Both the position numbers and the translations under genes were made by a program. Under the pieces are notes generated by a model. It ran no database searches. It was not told where the DNA came from and saw only the letters and a program-made list of their open reading frames with translations. DNA of 64,000 nt. Source: an uncultured bacterium (GTDB lineage: Bacteria > Oederibacteriota > JAAXVQ01 > JAUVAV01). The stretch is from contig CAVQBK010000002.1 of the NCBI GenBank assembly GCA_963710755.1, positions 128,001 through 192,000 of the forward strand, written 5' to 3'. Of this stretch, positions 62,988-64,000 are shown one piece after another (position 1 is the first letter of the stretch; every line of letters starts with the position of its first letter).

Positions 62988-64000
62988 TTAGTTGCCCTGC
63001 ACCTTGGCAATGACCGCCTCGGAAATGCTCTTGGGTACTTCATCATAGTTGGAAAATTGCATGCTGAAAGTGGCCCGGCCTTGAGACATGGACCTGAGGT
63101 CCGTAGCATAGCCGAACATTTCCGCTAAGGGCACCTTGCCTTTGATGATCTGGGCATTGCCCTCTTTTTCCATACCTTCAATGCGGCCGCGCCGGGAATT
63201 CAAATTGCCCAGCACATCACCCATATATTCTTCCGGGGTCGTAACCTCGATTGCGAAAATAGGCTCCAAGAGCACGGGGCTTGCTTTTTTGCAGGCTTCC
63301 TTGAAGGCCATGGAGCCGGCAATTTTAAAGGCCATTTCCGAAGAATCCACTTCATGGAAGGAGCCATCATACAGAGCCACTTTAAAGTCCACCACTTGAT
63401 ATCCTGCCAACACCCCGGCCTGGCAGGCTTCTTCAATCCCTTTATTGACCGCCGGGATGTATTCCTTGGGAATGGAACCACCTTTAATTTCATCCACAAA
63501 GGTATAGCCTTTGCCGCTCTCCTGTGGTTCGAGTCGGATGTATACGTGACCGTACTGCCCGCGTCCTCCGGACTGCCGGGCGAATTTTGATTCTTGCTCC
63601 ACCGTTTTGCGGATGGTTTCACGATACGCCACCTGCGGCTTACCCACATTGGCTTCCACTTTGAATTCCCGCATCATGCGGTCCACAATGATTTCCAGAT
63701 GGAGTTCCCCCATTCCCCAAATCAGGGTTTGTCCGGTTTCCTCTTCCGTGCGTACCCGGAAGGTGGGATCTTCTTCCGCCAATTTTTGCAAGGCCATGCC
63801 CATTTTTTCCTGGTCCACTTTGGTCTTGGGTTCAATGGCCACGGAAATCACGGGTTCAGGGAAGGTCATGGACTCGAGCAGAATCTGAGAACCTTCCTGC
63901 GTTAAGGTGTCACCAGTGGTGGTGATTTTCAAACCCACGCCCGCCACAATATCCCCAGCTGAGGCCACCTCAATCTCTTCGCGTTTGTTGGCGTGCATCT
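62988..64000 (-). CDS. fusA: elongation factor G (3' part; 5' end outside the window)
   Basis: [55 protein letters not shown]. Confidence 0.98.
   Translation of the reverse strand, partial: MHANKREEIEVASAGDIVAGVGLKITTTGDTLTQEGSQILLESMTFPEPVISVAIEPKTKVDQEKMGMALQKLAEEDPTFRVRTEEETGQTLIWGMGELHLEIIVDRMMREFKVEANVGKPQVAYRETIRKTVEQESKFARQSGGRGQYGHVYIRLEPQESGKGYTFVDEIKGGSIPKEYIPAVNKGIEEACQAGVLAGYQVVDFKVALYDGSFHEVDSSEMAFKIAGSMAFKEACKKASPVLLEPIFAIEVTTPEEYMGDVLGNLNSRRGRIEGMEKEGNAQIIKGKVPLAEMFGYATDLRSMSQGRATFSMQFSNYDEVPKSISEAVIAKVQGN

Overview
Bacterial chromosomal core region, almost entirely minus-strand. Outer-membrane barrel and lipoprotein genes suggest a diderm; the lineage cannot be fixed from sequence alone. 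In transcription order (right to left) it holds: the 3' part of fusA, tuf, the complete S10-spc-alpha ribosomal cluster, cysS-rlmB, and a PorV-like barrel (+ strand). Next come tRNA-Thr/Tyr/Gly, an interposed ~5.5 kb block (ACP, FabF-type KS, non-catalytic KS/CLF-like protein, LpxL-like acyltransferase, PorV-like barrel, with an 85-bp MITE inside), tRNA-Thr and a second near-identical tuf. Then rpmG, tRNA-Trp and secE-nusG-rplKAJL, ending at a terminator with no rpoBC. The rest is housekeeping: pabB-pabC fusion, OM barrel, NYN nuclease, pncB, FAD oxidoreductase, queH-mutM-tfoX, patatin, orphan ParA, ligA, two aldolases, an ECF sigma/anti-sigma/Spy module, aspS, LysM, ybeY, hlyC/corC, YIP1, recO, glyQ-glyS and the 5' part of ppdK. 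The best novelty candidate is the minimal type II PKS/FAS-like lipid cluster that splits the canonical Thr-Tyr-Gly-Thr-tuf tRNA operon. Other notable points are the permuted ribosomal supercluster, extensions or insertions in IF-1, L17 and L22, and several small non-autonomous repeat elements. All calls are by eye from motifs and gene order; no database searches were run.
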